The notes below the pieces were generated by a model that made no database searches, was not told the origin of the DNA, and saw only the letters and a list, made by a program, of their open reading frames with translations. Both the position numbers and the translations under genes were made by a program. Positions 62,965-64,000 of a stretch of 64,000 nt of DNA are shown piece after piece. Position 1 is the stretch's first letter. Every line of letters begins with the position of its first letter. Location: assembly GCA_001949185.1 (NCBI GenBank), contig BDGG01000007.1:1136730-1200729 (forward strand), in the 5' to 3' direction. The stretch is from Ramazzottius varieornatus. Its lineage: Eukaryota; Animalia; Tardigrada.

Positions 62965-64000
62965 TACATATCCATGAATCGGAATTCTGACAACTTGTTG
63001 GGTCGATTGCAGATGCTACAGATATCGACAACGCAACTGGACTTTGGCTTTGCTCCGCTCTTCAGTCTCAACCAACGCGTCATTTTCGTCCAGAACGTCT
63101 GCAAGGAAGCTATCCGCTTCAGATGGCACGATGTACCCGAAGCACAAACGTCCATTGATGTACGTAGACATGAATGACATGAAGGAATCGAAGTGAATTC
63201 TGCACGCTGGCACCAAGCTCTACACTGATGAGCCCCTTTTTCTACAGTTTGTACTTGCAGAGAATTGCCATTGAGCCCAAAATGGGTCTTCTGTGACCGG
63301 GTGAAACGGCCGTCTTTGCAGTGTCATGGGACGCCCACAACGAGTCCTCCCATTTCACCCACACCTTCGCGCTTCACTTTACCCAAGACGCTGCCATGGC
63401 ATCATACCTCAACTGGCTTCACACCTGGATGGCTCAAGTGCGAGAACGATGTCTCAACTTTACCATCACGGAGGAGAACCCAACCGCCGCGCAAGACATC
63501 CGCACCGCTTTCGAGTACATTGAGGCACTACATCCCAATCCTTGTCCCGCGTTGCCCAACACCAAGTCAAAGACAGACGGCCTTTCCAGTAATTTTACCA
63601 TTCTTGAATCAAAATTTTGCTGACCTGATCTAACAAAATTTGCTAAAATTTAGTGGTAGAATTCGGCAGCACAGTTGATTAGCGTATTGTGTGTGTGTTC
63701 TAATTGTTCGCAGGTGGAACGCCCTTGTCATATCCTTCTCCAACGTTGCCGGCTGGACCATTTACCGGCAGTTATCCATGTCCAGCGCCCTCATCCAAGC
63801 CTTCGGCCACCTCCCTCCAAGCGGACCCTCTTTCTCCAGTCTTCCAGCATCTTCTGTCCCTCCTTCAGTCGCGTCCAGACGTCAAAGTCCCACCTTTGCA
63901 GCCCGAACCACCCATCCACCGCATACATTTCAGCGTAGCCGGACACAGTATCGAGCGATCCCACTTTGCCAAAGCCTTCCCCAATAAGTCCGCCAACTTT

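Larger units (their letters stand above)
49341..63987 (+). pseudogene. CFAP65: CFAP65 (CCDC108)-like ciliary/flagellar gene with disabling lesions; secure from ~55520, 5' extent tentative, may run off the window
   Basis: Colinear spliced exons with ASH/MSP-like repeats (ISPRFGVMEPG, VSPSSGLL, ISPSHGSI) and ERLWRLLHISQLNNLL, LGAA, FTITE segments resembling CFAP65 as recalled from memory. In-frame TGA at 63294; stops and frameshifts in 54420-55520. Confidence 0.72.

Noticed and set aside
1-64000. CRISPR arrays, rRNA, tRNA or prokaryotic operons
   Set aside because: None seen; genes are spliceosomal and the repeats are inverted or TE-derived.

Overview
Eukaryotic (animal) genomic DNA with short 60-100 bp GT-AG introns, dense transposon debris and three N-gaps. 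Intron size and gene content suggest a compact-genome ecdysozoan, most plausibly a tardigrade such as Ramazzottius; this is inference and was not verified. Apparently intact genes: an SLC13/Indy-type carboxylate transporter, a secreted KR-processed peptide precursor, a Gly/Tyr/His-rich low-complexity protein, a four-repeat CaaX-tailed protein, an atypical cytochrome P450, a 7-TM gustatory receptor, a full-length ABCB1/P-glycoprotein, and an anti-lipopolysaccharide-factor (ALF)-like gene nested antisense in an intron of a decaying CFAP65 gene. Mobile DNA: two CRE-clade non-LTR retrotransposons, a Tc5-family and a Tc1-family transposon, a pogo-like family, many MITEs (including a three-level nest), and an inverted pair of ~2 kb repeats that brackets a segment whose inversion splits a gustatory receptor pseudogene. 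Best leads: (1) the nested ALF-like immune effector; (2) a covarying pseudoknot-like RNA motif present three times in the retrotransposon 5' UTRs; (3) the inversion or mis-oriented contig; (4) pseudogenisation of the motile-cilium/sperm gene CFAP65. All family assignments come from motif recognition by eye; no database search was run.
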